From Thermoproteota archaeon (GTDB taxonomy: Archaea > Asgardarchaeota > Njordarchaeia > Njordarchaeales > Panguiarchaeaceae), in assembly GCA_024720975.1 (NCBI GenBank), contig JANJXX010000001.1, positions 319,408 through 383,407 on the forward strand: a stretch of DNA of 64,000 nt, in the 5' to 3' direction. This document shows, piece by piece, positions 8,214 through 18,155 of this stretch. Every line of letters starts with the position of its first letter. Positions within the stretch are counted from its first letter, which is position 1. A program made the translations under genes and the position numbers. The notes under the pieces are model-generated. The model was given only the letters and a program-made list of their open reading frames with translations. It was not told the DNA's origin and made no database searches.

Positions 8214-11200
8214 GTGGTGATTTTATTGATACCAAAGAGACTTTCGCAGATAATGTTCGGAATACTATCTCCCGATGAGATAATATCGATGTCCGTTGCC
8301 TCAATAAATACTGCTGAACTGTACAGTATAGATGGTAAACCAATGCGCGGAGGACCTCTGGATCCTAGGCTGGGTCCTGCTACAAATGAATCATGTGAAA
8401 CGTGCGGCTTAAAGCGTCGGGACGGATTGTTTGGTTGTGTTGGGCATTTCGGTTATATAGACCTTGCAACACCTATATATCATCTTGCATTTGTTAAGTG
8501 GATTCAACTGGTTTTAAACGGCATTTGCGAAAGATGCGGGCGACTAACCTTACCTAGCGATGTTCGCGAACGTTTTTGGAAGCGAATGAAAAAATTCTTC
8601 GATCTCTATGGATATCCGCGAATAGAATTGGCTAAAAAGATTCTGACAAAGGCTGCGGAGTTAAAAGCCTGTCCCTACTGTGGACACCAGAAAAATTTTA
8701 CATTCAAGTTTGATAAGCAAATAATGACATTTGTAAAAATGACTGAGGTCACCGAGGACGAAGCAAAGACATTAGAGCCTAAGGGCGTCAAAATAACGAA
8801 GAAGATGAAAGGAGGAAAGATCCATTACTACTGTGAAAGAAGGTATGAACCAGATGAAATCCGCAGAATACTAGCGTCCATTTACAGTCAATATGAGCAT
8901 CTTAACACGCCTGATGCAGAAGAAAGACGCAAGGATCTAATTTTAATGGGATTTCATCCTAGTAGGAGCCGTCCTGAGTGGGCCATTTTGACAGTGCTTC
9001 CCGTACCACCAATAACTATACGACCTCCAGCAATACCATCCTCCGGAGAGCGCCAGGAGGACAAACTAACTTTAATTTTGCGAGATATCATTCGCGAGAA
9101 TAATAGAATAAAAGACAAGCTGGAAGGCGGTCCAAGGAAGATTTTAGAGCAGTACCTTATAAGAATACACCACCTAGTTGCAACATTATTCGGACTGCGA
9201 AAGTATACTAAGATACTCAAAGAGCCAAAGGGAATATTCCATAGGTTACACGGAAAAGAAGGCCTCTTTAGGAAATACCTTAGTGGCAAGCGAGTTGACT
9301 TTAGTGCACGCGCCGTAATCTCCCCGGACACCTACATATCGATAGATGAAGTGGGAATACCACAAAAAGTTGCTATGCGCTTCTTAGTGGCGGAGGTTGT
9401 AAATAGATATAATATCAATAGACTAAGAGAGCTTGTCAAACGCGGGCCATGGCGCTATCCTGGTGCTGTCTACATTTATAAAAGAGAAACCGATGGAACA
9501 TATACAAAGATCAGCCTTGAAAATATAAGTCCGGAAATGATTGAACGCCATGCAAATGACCTAGCCCCTGGAGACATCGTTGAGCGCCATTTAGTTGACG
9601 GCGATATTGTCGTTTTTAATAGACAGCCCACTTTGCATAGGATATCTATGATGGGGCACTATGTTAGAGTGCTACCTTACAACACCTTTCGAATACACGT
9701 TCAGACATGTACTCCCTACAACGCCGATTTCGATGGAGACGAAATGAATCTACACCTGGCACGCTCATATGAGACCCAGGCTGAAGTTTCTACGCTCATG
9801 GAGGTTAAAAAGCACATAATTTCTCCTAGATACGGCGGACCAATAATTGGACCAAAACATGACTATATAACCAGTGCTTTCTTAATGACTAAACCGGACA
9901 CATATCTCGAAAAAAGTGATGTGTTTCAATTACTATACGCTGCAGGAATAACAGAACCTATACCTCCATCTAAAGTTGAAAACGGAAAAGAACTTTGGGC
10001 CGGTAAGGACATTTTCTCTGCAATAATTCCACCTGGAATATTTTACAAAGGTAAAATCAAAGGCCGCGTCCTAGGGGTTGAAAAGGACCTTTTGATAGAA
10101 ATACGCGATGGAAAGATCGTACAGGGATTCATTGATAAAAACTCCATTGGTGCCGAAAAACCCGAGAACCTTATACAGAAAATCGTAGAAAGATATAATT
10201 TTGAGGAAGCCAAGAAGTTTCTCAATAACCTCTCAGCACTTTTGCTAAGATACATAACCGACAGAGGATTCAGTATAACACTGTGGGATATCAATGTTCC
10301 CGAAAGCGCTAGAAAAGAGATTAAAACTTTGCTCGATAAGTACATGAAAGAGGCAAACGATTTAGTAAACAAATACTTGGAAGGAAAGCTTGAACCTGAA
10401 CCCGGTTTAAGTCAAAGAGAAACACTTGAGGAGAAAATTATAAGATTATTTGAGGACGCTAGAGGCAAAGCTGGGGAGATTATCACTAAGCATATGCCAT
10501 CAGATAGCCAATTCATGATAATGACACTCACAGGCGCGCGCGGTGGCGATGTCAATATACAGCAGGTGCTTGCCACATTGGGTCCAATGCTCGTTAGAGG
10601 AAAGAGATTGCAAAGAGGATATAGCAACAGAACACTGTCAAGTTTCAAGAAAGGTGAAATAGGCCCCTTATCCGGAGGCATTGTCCTTAGAAGCTTCGTT
10701 GAAGGTCTTGATCCGATAGGATTCTTTTTCCACAACGCTGCTGGCCGAGATTCGCTAGTTGACACGGCAATAAGAACAGCTGACTCTGGTTACTTTTACA
10801 GAAGATTGGTTAATGCACTGCAAGACATTAGAATTGAATACGACCTAAGTGCTAGGACGATTGATGGAAAAATTATACAATTCAAATATGGCGGAGACGG
10901 AATCCACGTTGTAAAGTCCTATCATGGTAAATTAACAGATGTGGAAGCGCTGCTTGACGAGATAATACTGAAAAGAGAGAAAGACAAGAGAGAAATTGAA
11001 GTCTATAGCAGAGAGTGGCCGAGTTATTATAATAGCCTCATAGAAAACGTACATAAAAGAATATCTAAAGCTACTGCCAAAGATTTAGAAGATGCATTAA
11101 AGAACTTTCTCGACAAGGGAATAGTATTCTCTGAAGACGAGATTGAATACATTTTCAAGAGATTGTTAGATCGCTACATCAAGGCAATTGCTGATCCTGG

Positions 11201-12227
11201 AGAGCCTATAGGTATTGTTACAAGTCAGAGTTTAAGCGAACCAGCAACACAACTGACATTAAGAACTTTCCATTGGGCTGGCGCTGTTGCGATAACAAGG
11301 GGTCTACCGAGAATCAAAGAAATATTTGATGCTGTAAGAGTTATCAAACGACCAATAATAAGGGCGTACCTTGAAGCGGACTTCCGTGAAGATGAAAAAA
11401 AGGCATATTCAGTCTTAGCTAGGATTAAGGGTATAAGTCTGGAGGATGTCGCTACAGACATTATACTAGACGCTGAAGGCAGGAAAATCATTATAAGCTT
11501 AGATCCAGAGAAACTTAGCAAGCATGATGTTAGCATTGATGACATAGATAAAAAGCTCCGCGTAAATAAGAAAATAGAAGTCACCACAGATAAGGAGAAG
11601 AAACAAATCGTTATAGAATTACCTTCAGGGAAAGCACTAAGAGGGAGAGAGCCTTCACTTGGTGAACTGTACATGAAGTTACGATCATCATTGATCATCA
11701 AAGGTATTGCTGACTACACCGATGCCAAATTGACAAAGAAGAGTGGTTCCAAGGAATACTACTTAGTTATAGCATCACAGAACTTGTCTAACATATTGTG
11801 CCAAGATGGTATAGATCTATCGAGGCTTGAATGCAATAACATCCGCGAATTTGCAAAGATATATGGCATTGAAGCTGCAAGACTTCTTGCCATAAAAGAG
11901 ACTCTCGATGTTCTTGACTACTACGGTTTGGACGTAGATGTCCGTCATATCTCCATGGCTGTTGATGCTCAATTCTGGCCCGGTAAGCCAACGCCTATCG
12001 GACGCTATGGCTTAGTTCGTGCTAAACAGTCAGTACTTGCCCGCGCTTCATTCGAGGAGGTAAAGAAGCACATTATAGCTGCCGCTATAGCCGGTGAGAT
12101 AGACCCAGTAATTGGAGTAGCAGAGAGCGTAATAACAGGTCAGACTCTGCCAGTTGGAACTGGAGTTGTAAGAGTATTTTATGGATTTGGAGGCAAATCA
12201 GATAAAACGGAAGAAGAAAGCCACTAA
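8214..12227 (+). CDS. rpoA: RNA polymerase largest subunit Rpo1, A' and A'' in one ORF
   Basis: Zn-clamp Cys motifs, GKRVDFSARAVI, catalytic YNADFDGDEMN, bridge helix TAIRTADSGYFYRRL, then A'' motifs GEPIG...EPATQLTLRTFH and LARASFE in the same frame. Confidence 0.97.
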   Translation: MVILLIPKRLSQIMFGILSPDEIISMSVASINTAELYSIDGKPMRGGPLDPRLGPATNESCETCGLKRRDGLFGCVGHFGYIDLATPIYHLAFVKWIQLVLNGICERCGRLTLPSDVRERFWKRMKKFFDLYGYPRIELAKKILTKAAELKACPYCGHQKNFTFKFDKQIMTFVKMTEVTEDEAKTLEPKGVKITKKMKGGKIHYYCERRYEPDEIRRILASIYSQYEHLNTPDAEERRKDLILMGFHPSRSRPEWAILTVLPVPPITIRPPAIPSSGERQEDKLTLILRDIIRENNRIKDKLEGGPRKILEQYLIRIHHLVATLFGLRKYTKILKEPKGIFHRLHGKEGLFRKYLSGKRVDFSARAVISPDTYISIDEVGIPQKVAMRFLVAEVVNRYNINRLRELVKRGPWRYPGAVYIYKRETDGTYTKISLENISPEMIERHANDLAPGDIVERHLVDGDIVVFNRQPTLHRISMMGHYVRVLPYNTFRIHVQTCTPYNADFDGDEMNLHLARSYETQAEVSTLMEVKKHIISPRYGGPIIGPKHDYITSAFLMTKPDTYLEKSDVFQLLYAAGITEPIPPSKVENGKELWAGKDIFSAIIPPGIFYKGKIKGRVLGVEKDLLIEIRDGKIVQGFIDKNSIGAEKPENLIQKIVERYNFEEAKKFLNNLSALLLRYITDRGFSITLWDINVPESARKEIKTLLDKYMKEANDLVNKYLEGKLEPEPGLSQRETLEEKIIRLFEDARGKAGEIITKHMPSDSQFMIMTLTGARGGDVNIQQVLATLGPMLVRGKRLQRGYSNRTLSSFKKGEIGPLSGGIVLRSFVEGLDPIGFFFHNAAGRDSLVDTAIRTADSGYFYRRLVNALQDIRIEYDLSARTIDGKIIQFKYGGDGIHVVKSYHGKLTDVEALLDEIILKREKDKREIEVYSREWPSYYNSLIENVHKRISKATAKDLEDALKNFLDKGIVFSEDEIEYIFKRLLDRYIKAIADPGEPIGIVTSQSLSEPATQLTLRTFHWAGAVAITRGLPRIKEIFDAVRVIKRPIIRAYLEADFREDEKKAYSVLARIKGISLEDVATDIILDAEGRKIIISLDPEKLSKHDVSIDDIDKKLRVNKKIEVTTDKEKKQIVIELPSGKALRGREPSLGELYMKLRSSLIIKGIADYTDAKLTKKSGSKEYYLVIASQNLSNILCQDGIDLSRLECNNIREFAKIYGIEAARLLAIKETLDVLDYYGLDVDVRHISMAVDAQFWPGKPTPIGRYGLVRAKQSVLARASFEEVKKHIIAAAIAGEIDPVIGVAESVITGQTLPVGTGVVRVFYGFGGKSDKTEEESH

Positions 12228-12231
12228 TATT

Positions 12232-13620
12232 CTAAAACTTAATTTTTTCAACCAAATACGAAGGGAGCAGTTTATTTATTCTCTGTGAATACTCTGTGCT
12301 GAAGTATTTGATGAACTCTGCCTGCGATTGCGTGGAACTCATAGGTATACCATCAGATATCCTCAAAAGTTCATATACTACCCCGAGTAAATTGGTCACG
12401 ATTCTTAAAAGTTTAGAGTCACTCAATAAACTCGTTGCAATCCTAATCATCTGTTCACCTGAGGCTATTTGCTCCAGGAACGAAGTTTTTAAGAGGAGCT
12501 TAGGAATCCACACGTAGGCATCTTCAAGTGTCGCACTCCTCATCATTAAGAGTATTACCCTGATTATGTCTAATATCTCAGAAAAGGGAAATATTACTTT
12601 TGCATTATAGTCATTGATCTTCGCAGATATCTCCTCCAGGGGAATTCCAGAGTCCATTAAATTAAGCACAGTTCTAGTAAGCTTTCGCACAATATCGTTG
12701 TTATGTACTATGCCCGAGAAAATCGTTGGATATATTCCTAAATTTGATGCACCTAAGAGGAATACAGACTCAGATGGCGACACTAAGAGAAGTGGCCTTC
12801 CTAAAATGATTCTCCTTGAATGTATGTTAACTATACGCCCAACAACACCAAAAGAGTTTTTTATTATATTTGCACTTTCTCTAGGTGTCTTGCTCGTAAG
12901 GTAAGTATTGTAGTATCCCGAGATCAAGATTTTATCATTTTCTAAGCTGAACAAGAAAGCAATTCCCCCCGGAACGGCGAACTCATTGAATACTACATGC
13001 AAAGCTTCCTTGTCTATGGGAATTCTAGTTGATTCTAGCAATGCTTGGTAAAATAAAAAGCTATTATGCCTAAAGAGTTCGTAGCCCTCCCTTTTCATTA
13101 CTTCCCTAGTGAGAAACCAATCAAAACCGGAGGAATCAATAATACTGTTGGCCTCAAAAACTTTCGAGCTTCTACCTGCAGCTAAAATTTTGATCGCCTT
13201 TTCCTCTGATTCTTTCTGGATCTTAATAGCCTGAGTCTGCTCGCGTATAAATTCTCCATCTATCAGGCGGGATAGTGCCCATCTGAGAAGTGACATATTC
13301 ACTATAGCAACTGGAATCTCGTATTCAAAAATCGTTCTCCCGTTATAGTCGTGCATTTGAATTAAATCGTAAAAGGCGATTTCTTCAAGTTTATCTATTC
13401 CGAGACTCCTTACCATTTCTTCAAAACTCGAGCCCGGAGAGATAACGTATAAAGATTCTAGCTTGGGATCGTAAGGATCCTTCTCTAGTAGCAGCATCTC
13501 TGAGTGTTCTAATTCGTCCTGCAACAACAAAGTGGCGGTCAATCCTGCTTGACCACCCCCAATTATAACTAACTTCAACAAGATCCCCACATAATAGTGC
13601 TTCAATGAGATGGATAGCAA
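12232..13620 (-). CDS. FAD-dependent oxidoreductase, divergent geranylgeranyl reductase-like
   Basis: Rossmann motif LVIIGGGQAGL...LLLEK, IIDSSG, and PGGIAFLF (compare PGGYxWxF). Confidence 0.65.
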   Translation of the reverse strand: MLSISLKHYYVGILLKLVIIGGGQAGLTATLLLQDELEHSEMLLLEKDPYDPKLESLYVISPGSSFEEMVRSLGIDKLEEIAFYDLIQMHDYNGRTIFEYEIPVAIVNMSLLRWALSRLIDGEFIREQTQAIKIQKESEEKAIKILAAGRSSKVFEANSIIDSSGFDWFLTREVMKREGYELFRHNSFLFYQALLESTRIPIDKEALHVVFNEFAVPGGIAFLFSLENDKILISGYYNTYLTSKTPRESANIIKNSFGVVGRIVNIHSRRIILGRPLLLVSPSESVFLLGASNLGIYPTIFSGIVHNNDIVRKLTRTVLNLMDSGIPLEEISAKINDYNAKVIFPFSEILDIIRVILLMMRSATLEDAYVWIPKLLLKTSFLEQIASGEQMIRIATSLLSDSKLLRIVTNLLGVVYELLRISDGIPMSSTQSQAEFIKYFSTEYSQRINKLLPSYLVEKIKF

Positions 13621-13657
13621 CTGAGGGATTATTGCAGGAATCTAGAGGAAATTCAAT

Positions 13658-14014
13658 TTATCCTGACTCTTCGGAGACCCGCTCTATTTTCTCGGTTTCT
13701 ACTGGACGTAAGTAGTACTTTGCACGAAGTTCCTCAAGCGTTATCCTCTCAAGAACTAATATCTGGTACATAAGCCTAATAACAGCGCCAGCTACTCTGT
13801 TTCTCATTTTCTTCGATCTAATATTGGTCAAGCGTTTGACAGTCTCCTTGTATGAATTAAAGCGAAACTGCCCGGCAAGCAGTGGATTTCCAGTTATTTG
13901 TTTAAGCTCCTCAGCCTTGTCCCATATGTTCTTTAGTAGATCAAAGTAGTTAGCCACCAAATATCGAGCTACATTTTTTACGAATCTCGGCTTAATACGC
14001 CCCAAGAATAACAC
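13658..14014 (-). CDS. rps17e: 30S ribosomal protein eS17 with internal insertion
   Basis: GRIKPRFVKNVAR and SKKMRNRVAG. Likely start is TTG 14005. Confidence 0.88.
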   Translation of the reverse strand: MLFLGRIKPRFVKNVARYLVANYFDLLKNIWDKAEELKQITGNPLLAGQFRFNSYKETVKRLTNIRSKKMRNRVAGAVIRLMYQILVLERITLEELRAKYYLRPVETEKIERVSEESG

Positions 14015-14255
14015 CCAGTTTGTAGCTGCAGCTTATGTCTAAATCCATCCTCTTCTAACTTTAGTAATATTAAAAAAGGTTTTCTCATAAGACAGCTCTT
14101 TTAGGAAATGCTATTTTAACCTTTAAGAAGGATATTCTGGATATCAAAGCTTATGAATAAAAATTACCCTTGAAGTAAAATAACTGGAGAGCTTTGATTT
14201 ATCTTTATGGGATTGCGTATCATTATTGAGAAGGGAGACATAGAAGGAGAAAAAC

Positions 14256-15239
14256 ATGTCAGAGGAAAGCATAGAAGAAACTCCTGAGGAAATTCTTATC
14301 GATGAAAACTTCGTAAAACAAGCGTACGACAGAGTATATAGGGAACTGAAGAAAGCCATAATAGGTATGGATGAAATAATCAAACTTACGTTCATTAGCA
14401 TCCTTTCTGGAGGTCACATCCTGCTTGAAGGAATGCCTGGCGTGGGTAAGACATATTTAGCCCAGAACTTTGCAAATTCTATAGGCGCCACCTTTAAGAG
14501 AATACAAATGACCCCCGATATGCTACCGGCTGACATACTTGGATCATACATTTACGATCAGAAGGAAGGCACGTTCAAATTCCGTCGTGGGCCTATATTC
14601 GCTAACATAATCCTAGCAGATGAAATTAATAGAGCCCCTCCTAAAACACAGGCTGCTTTATTGGAGGCTATGGAAGAACGCCAAGTAACAATAGAGGGGG
14701 TAACATATAAACTTCCCGAACCATTCCTTGTAATCGCAACACAAAATCCAGTAGAATTAGAAGGAACGTATCCCCTCCCAGAGGCACAGCTAAGTCGCTT
14801 CATGATGTATCTGTTTATAGATTACCCCACCGAGGAAGAAGAGTTAGAAATTTTAAAACTTAAACTTAAAACTACAAAACGAGTCTTAACTAGCCAAGTA
14901 ATAAGTTCGAGAACCATCCTAGAAATGCAAAAGTTTTTGCAAACCAAAGTTGATGTCAGCGAAGAGATTCTTAGATACATAAAAGACATTATCATGGCGA
15001 TTAGGAGAGACTCTCGAGTATTATTTGGCTGTTCTCCAAGAGAATCAATATCACTACTGCTAGCATCGAAAGCCCATGCTCTCATAAATGGGCGCGCGTA
15101 TGTTGTACCTGATGATGTGAAAGCCGTTGCTCCGTTTACATTACCTCATCGCGTATTCCTAAAACCTGAGGTTGAACTTGGAGGAGTTAAACCAATAGAT
15201 ATCATAACGACGGCTCTTGAGAGCGTCCCTAGTCCGTAG
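14256..15239 (+). CDS. MoxR-family AAA+ ATPase
   Basis: GHILLEGMPGVGKT, RIQMTPDMLPADI, LADEINRAPPKTQAALLEAM, ATQNPVE. Confidence 0.95.
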   Translation: MSEESIEETPEEILIDENFVKQAYDRVYRELKKAIIGMDEIIKLTFISILSGGHILLEGMPGVGKTYLAQNFANSIGATFKRIQMTPDMLPADILGSYIYDQKEGTFKFRRGPIFANIILADEINRAPPKTQAALLEAMEERQVTIEGVTYKLPEPFLVIATQNPVELEGTYPLPEAQLSRFMMYLFIDYPTEEEELEILKLKLKTTKRVLTSQVISSRTILEMQKFLQTKVDVSEEILRYIKDIIMAIRRDSRVLFGCSPRESISLLLASKAHALINGRAYVVPDDVKAVAPFTLPHRVFLKPEVELGGVKPIDIITTALESVPSP

Positions 15240-15248
15240 ATATAGTGC

Positions 15249-16541
15249 CTATACAGTGAAATTCTGTAAATTGGAACCTACGAAGTACTTTCTGACTATC
15301 GCGAGGTAGTAGTTATTCATCTCACGAAATATACGAGCAGTTTCAATAGAGCTGCTTTTCCTTCTACCAAGCAGCAACTGGACTAAATTCTCCTTTGCTA
15401 TTTCCCTTAAGACAATGGTTGCAAATGAACCTTTAGGCAATGAAAACATAACCAAATAATCTCTCCCTCCCTCCTTCCTAAGCGCGGGATCCTTCAGCAA
15501 TATTCTACTCACTCTAAATCCACCCCGCGATATTTCTAACTTGGCGCAAGTCACCTTAAAATCCTTCGGTGAAATGCCCTCTCCATCAAGTATTTCCTTT
15601 ATAGCCGATGCTGTCTTGCTGTCAAGGGTTTCAAGATTTAGCTTATGGCCGACGAGCGGCAGCTTCCTCGGCGGATCTTCTAACTCGCTCAAGAGTAAGT
15701 TAAATAGAAAAGACTGATACGCCTCAACGACTAGTCTAAGCAAACCTTGTGGCATGTAGCGTAATATTTTTATTGGATCCACTCCTTTTGTAAGGCCCCT
15801 TAGTACTAATCGTTCAAGCCAAAATTTTCGCGCTGGCAAAAGTTTCAACGCGTCTCCATACTTACGCTCCTCTAAGAGATCTATAAACGCTTCTCTGTTA
15901 GGGAATAGTGGATTTACTTCCCTGAGAAAAGTCATCAACGCCTCCTCATACAGCCCCAGAAGTATCATTTTGCCTACAATATGATTTGTAGGCTTCCAGA
16001 TCCCGAACCTTTGATGCCCGAAGAAATTAAGAATTTGCTCCTTTACGATTTCATGGAATACATCTTCTAAGCAGCCTACAACATTTCGAAGTCGTATTCT
16101 AAACCTATTTCCTTGATGATCACCAATGGAGATTCTCCTAAGCTCGCGGATTGGGTTGTAAATTTTCATGTTTTTAGGAAGTTTCAATGACACTAGATTC
16201 TCTGGAGGGACGTTAAACACGCAAGCACGCTGAGCTGTAAGGGCCTCTTTATCCTTTAGACCACTTAGGAAGAAAAAGTTAGACGGTACATTAAGTCTCT
16301 TGGATAGGATTTTTATAGCGATAAGCGTGTCCATGTTGCGTTTGACCAGAATGAAGTGTGTAAATAGTCCCGGATAACCGCTAGGTCTTAGCTTTGGATC
16401 ATCAACGGATATTATTGTTCCATCTTTAAGAATTTCTTCTACTATGAAGTCATCTACGCAGTGCAATTCAGCATATATCGCTTTAGTAGATTCAGTTGAA
16501 TACTTATGAATACCACATATGTGATCCAGAGCACTAGCCAT
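15249..16541 (-). CDS. truD: tRNA pseudouridine(13) synthase TruD
   Basis: DFIVEE, GLKDKEALTAQ, NFFGHQRFG, FSLPKGSFAT. Confidence 0.93.
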   Translation of the reverse strand: MASALDHICGIHKYSTESTKAIYAELHCVDDFIVEEILKDGTIISVDDPKLRPSGYPGLFTHFILVKRNMDTLIAIKILSKRLNVPSNFFFLSGLKDKEALTAQRACVFNVPPENLVSLKLPKNMKIYNPIRELRRISIGDHQGNRFRIRLRNVVGCLEDVFHEIVKEQILNFFGHQRFGIWKPTNHIVGKMILLGLYEEALMTFLREVNPLFPNREAFIDLLEERKYGDALKLLPARKFWLERLVLRGLTKGVDPIKILRYMPQGLLRLVVEAYQSFLFNLLLSELEDPPRKLPLVGHKLNLETLDSKTASAIKEILDGEGISPKDFKVTCAKLEISRGGFRVSRILLKDPALRKEGGRDYLVMFSLPKGSFATIVLREIAKENLVQLLLGRRKSSSIETARIFREMNNYYLAIVRKYFVGSNLQNFTV

Positions 16542-16547
16542 CCTGTG

Positions 16548-16931
16548 TTACCAATCCTTAAGCAGAGGCAAATCGCCTGATACTTTATCAATTTGATTTT
16601 CAAACCATGGTCCAAGTACTAGAACGGTTACTGTCCCTGGCGGAATTTCTGTTAAGCCTGCGTCGGTTATTATTGCCGAGGGAACGCCTATAATCTTCGA
16701 CTTTTCATATCTATTCAGAAGCTCTCTCAAATTTTCAACGAGTAGCACTACCTTCTTCTGACCTTGTTTGATCCATAGCTCACTGATTTCTGGCCTTATT
16801 TTTTGTACAACAAGGAATCCTTCAATTGCAGCATGTGCTACATGTGCAGCTAATTTACCTACTGATAAACCCAGTGATTTTAAATCCTTCCTGACAATTA
16901 TTACTTGCTTTATTGGTGTTGTTGCTAACAT
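16548..16931 (-). CDS. pth2: Peptidyl-tRNA hydrolase Pth2
   Basis: KQVIIVRKDL, GKLAAHVAHAA, GQKKVVL, DAGLTEIPPGT. Confidence 0.95.
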   Translation of the reverse strand: MLATTPIKQVIIVRKDLKSLGLSVGKLAAHVAHAAIEGFLVVQKIRPEISELWIKQGQKKVVLLVENLRELLNRYEKSKIIGVPSAIITDAGLTEIPPGTVTVLVLGPWFENQIDKVSGDLPLLKDW

Positions 16932-16957
16932 CTATGAAACACCTAAACGTGATTTCA

Positions 16958-17518
16958 ATGCATATAATAGATCTCAAGAGGAATCTATTGAGAGCATATA
17001 TCTGGTATTTATTAGAAGAAGTCACAGTAATTCCAAGAAAAGATTACACACTAAACTTACTTGATTCCCAGATATCCCTAGTAGTTGGAGAAGAAAAAAA
17101 GCTTCCACGTTTTGTAGCAAGAATTCTGGAGAAGAAAGACATCGTTAAAATCTCAGATGAGCCTCAACGAACTGCGGTTATAAGCGATTTAATAAGGCTA
17201 AGTCAACAAGGTTCGCAATTACAACTACAAGCTCTTGAAGGAAATTTCTATATGCGCCTTGCAGAAGCATTACCAAAGCTAAGCTCAACTCAACTTAATG
17301 AATTAAAACCATGCTTAGAGGCGCTAGTTAGCAAGCGACTGCTAAGGATTATTCACCGATTCCACACCCGAAACTTGGAAGGATTAGATCTTTTAGAACA
17401 AATGCTTCTAAAGTCGGTGCTAAAGCTTTTAGATGAATTTAGTACAACGATTCTGGAGGATTTAATGAATGTAGAAAGCAACTTACTTAAATGGATAGAA
17501 GGACAGTCTTCTAAATGA
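16958..17518 (+). CDS. GINS subunit (Gins23-like)
   Basis: N-terminal beta domain with LPRFVARIL, then a helical domain with LEGNFYMRL. Start is uncertain (16934 or 16958). Confidence 0.7.
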   Translation: MHIIDLKRNLLRAYIWYLLEEVTVIPRKDYTLNLLDSQISLVVGEEKKLPRFVARILEKKDIVKISDEPQRTAVISDLIRLSQQGSQLQLQALEGNFYMRLAEALPKLSSTQLNELKPCLEALVSKRLLRIIHRFHTRNLEGLDLLEQMLLKSVLKLLDEFSTTILEDLMNVESNLLKWIEGQSSK

Positions 17519-17531
17519 TTAGATGCTATAG

Positions 17532-18101
17532 CTATTTAAGCTCGATAACGTGAAGATCCTCGTAAATAGGCCCCCTGCTTGTTAACGTACTTTTTTTAAT
17601 TTTCACACTGTTTATTAGTAAACTACCTATTTCGACATTTGACAGATTCTTGATTTCATTCACCAGCTTAGAATTATATTTCTTAACACGAGCTAGTGTT
17701 ATGTGAGGAGAAAACTCTTTTTCCTCCTTTCGAAATCCATGTCTGGGCAAATTTTTTCGAAGACAATTAGCTATTTGAGACAAAATTTCCTGTCCATATT
17801 TCATTCCGACCCACACGACTCTAGGGCTTGAAAATTTAGGAAACGCGCCCACCCCTGCTAGGTAAATTTCAAAACTACCTGTGCCTTTGCAACATGATTC
17901 AACTATTTCCTTTACTAGTCCAATTTTTTCCTCGGGTATTTCACCAAGAAAATACAATGTTAAATGAATATTTTCGGGCTCGACCGGCTTCATTGTAGCT
18001 CCTGTTGCCACGAGTCTTTTTTGCAACTCAATTAATTTTAAGACTACATCCTTCGAATTTATATCAATCGCTACAAAAGTGCGAATCAAAGTTACCACCA
18101 T
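17532..18101 (-). CDS. thpR: RNA 2',3'-cyclic phosphodiesterase (2H family)
   Basis: RTFVAIDI, two HxT motifs (HLTL, HITL), C-terminal GPIYE. Confidence 0.94.
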   Translation of the reverse strand: MVVTLIRTFVAIDINSKDVVLKLIELQKRLVATGATMKPVEPENIHLTLYFLGEIPEEKIGLVKEIVESCCKGTGSFEIYLAGVGAFPKFSSPRVVWVGMKYGQEILSQIANCLRKNLPRHGFRKEEKEFSPHITLARVKKYNSKLVNEIKNLSNVEIGSLLINSVKIKKSTLTSRGPIYEDLHVIELK

Positions 18102-18155
18102 AAGCTTATAATCCTGGAATCTTGTGATGATGCAATAATAATTAAAACCATTTTA

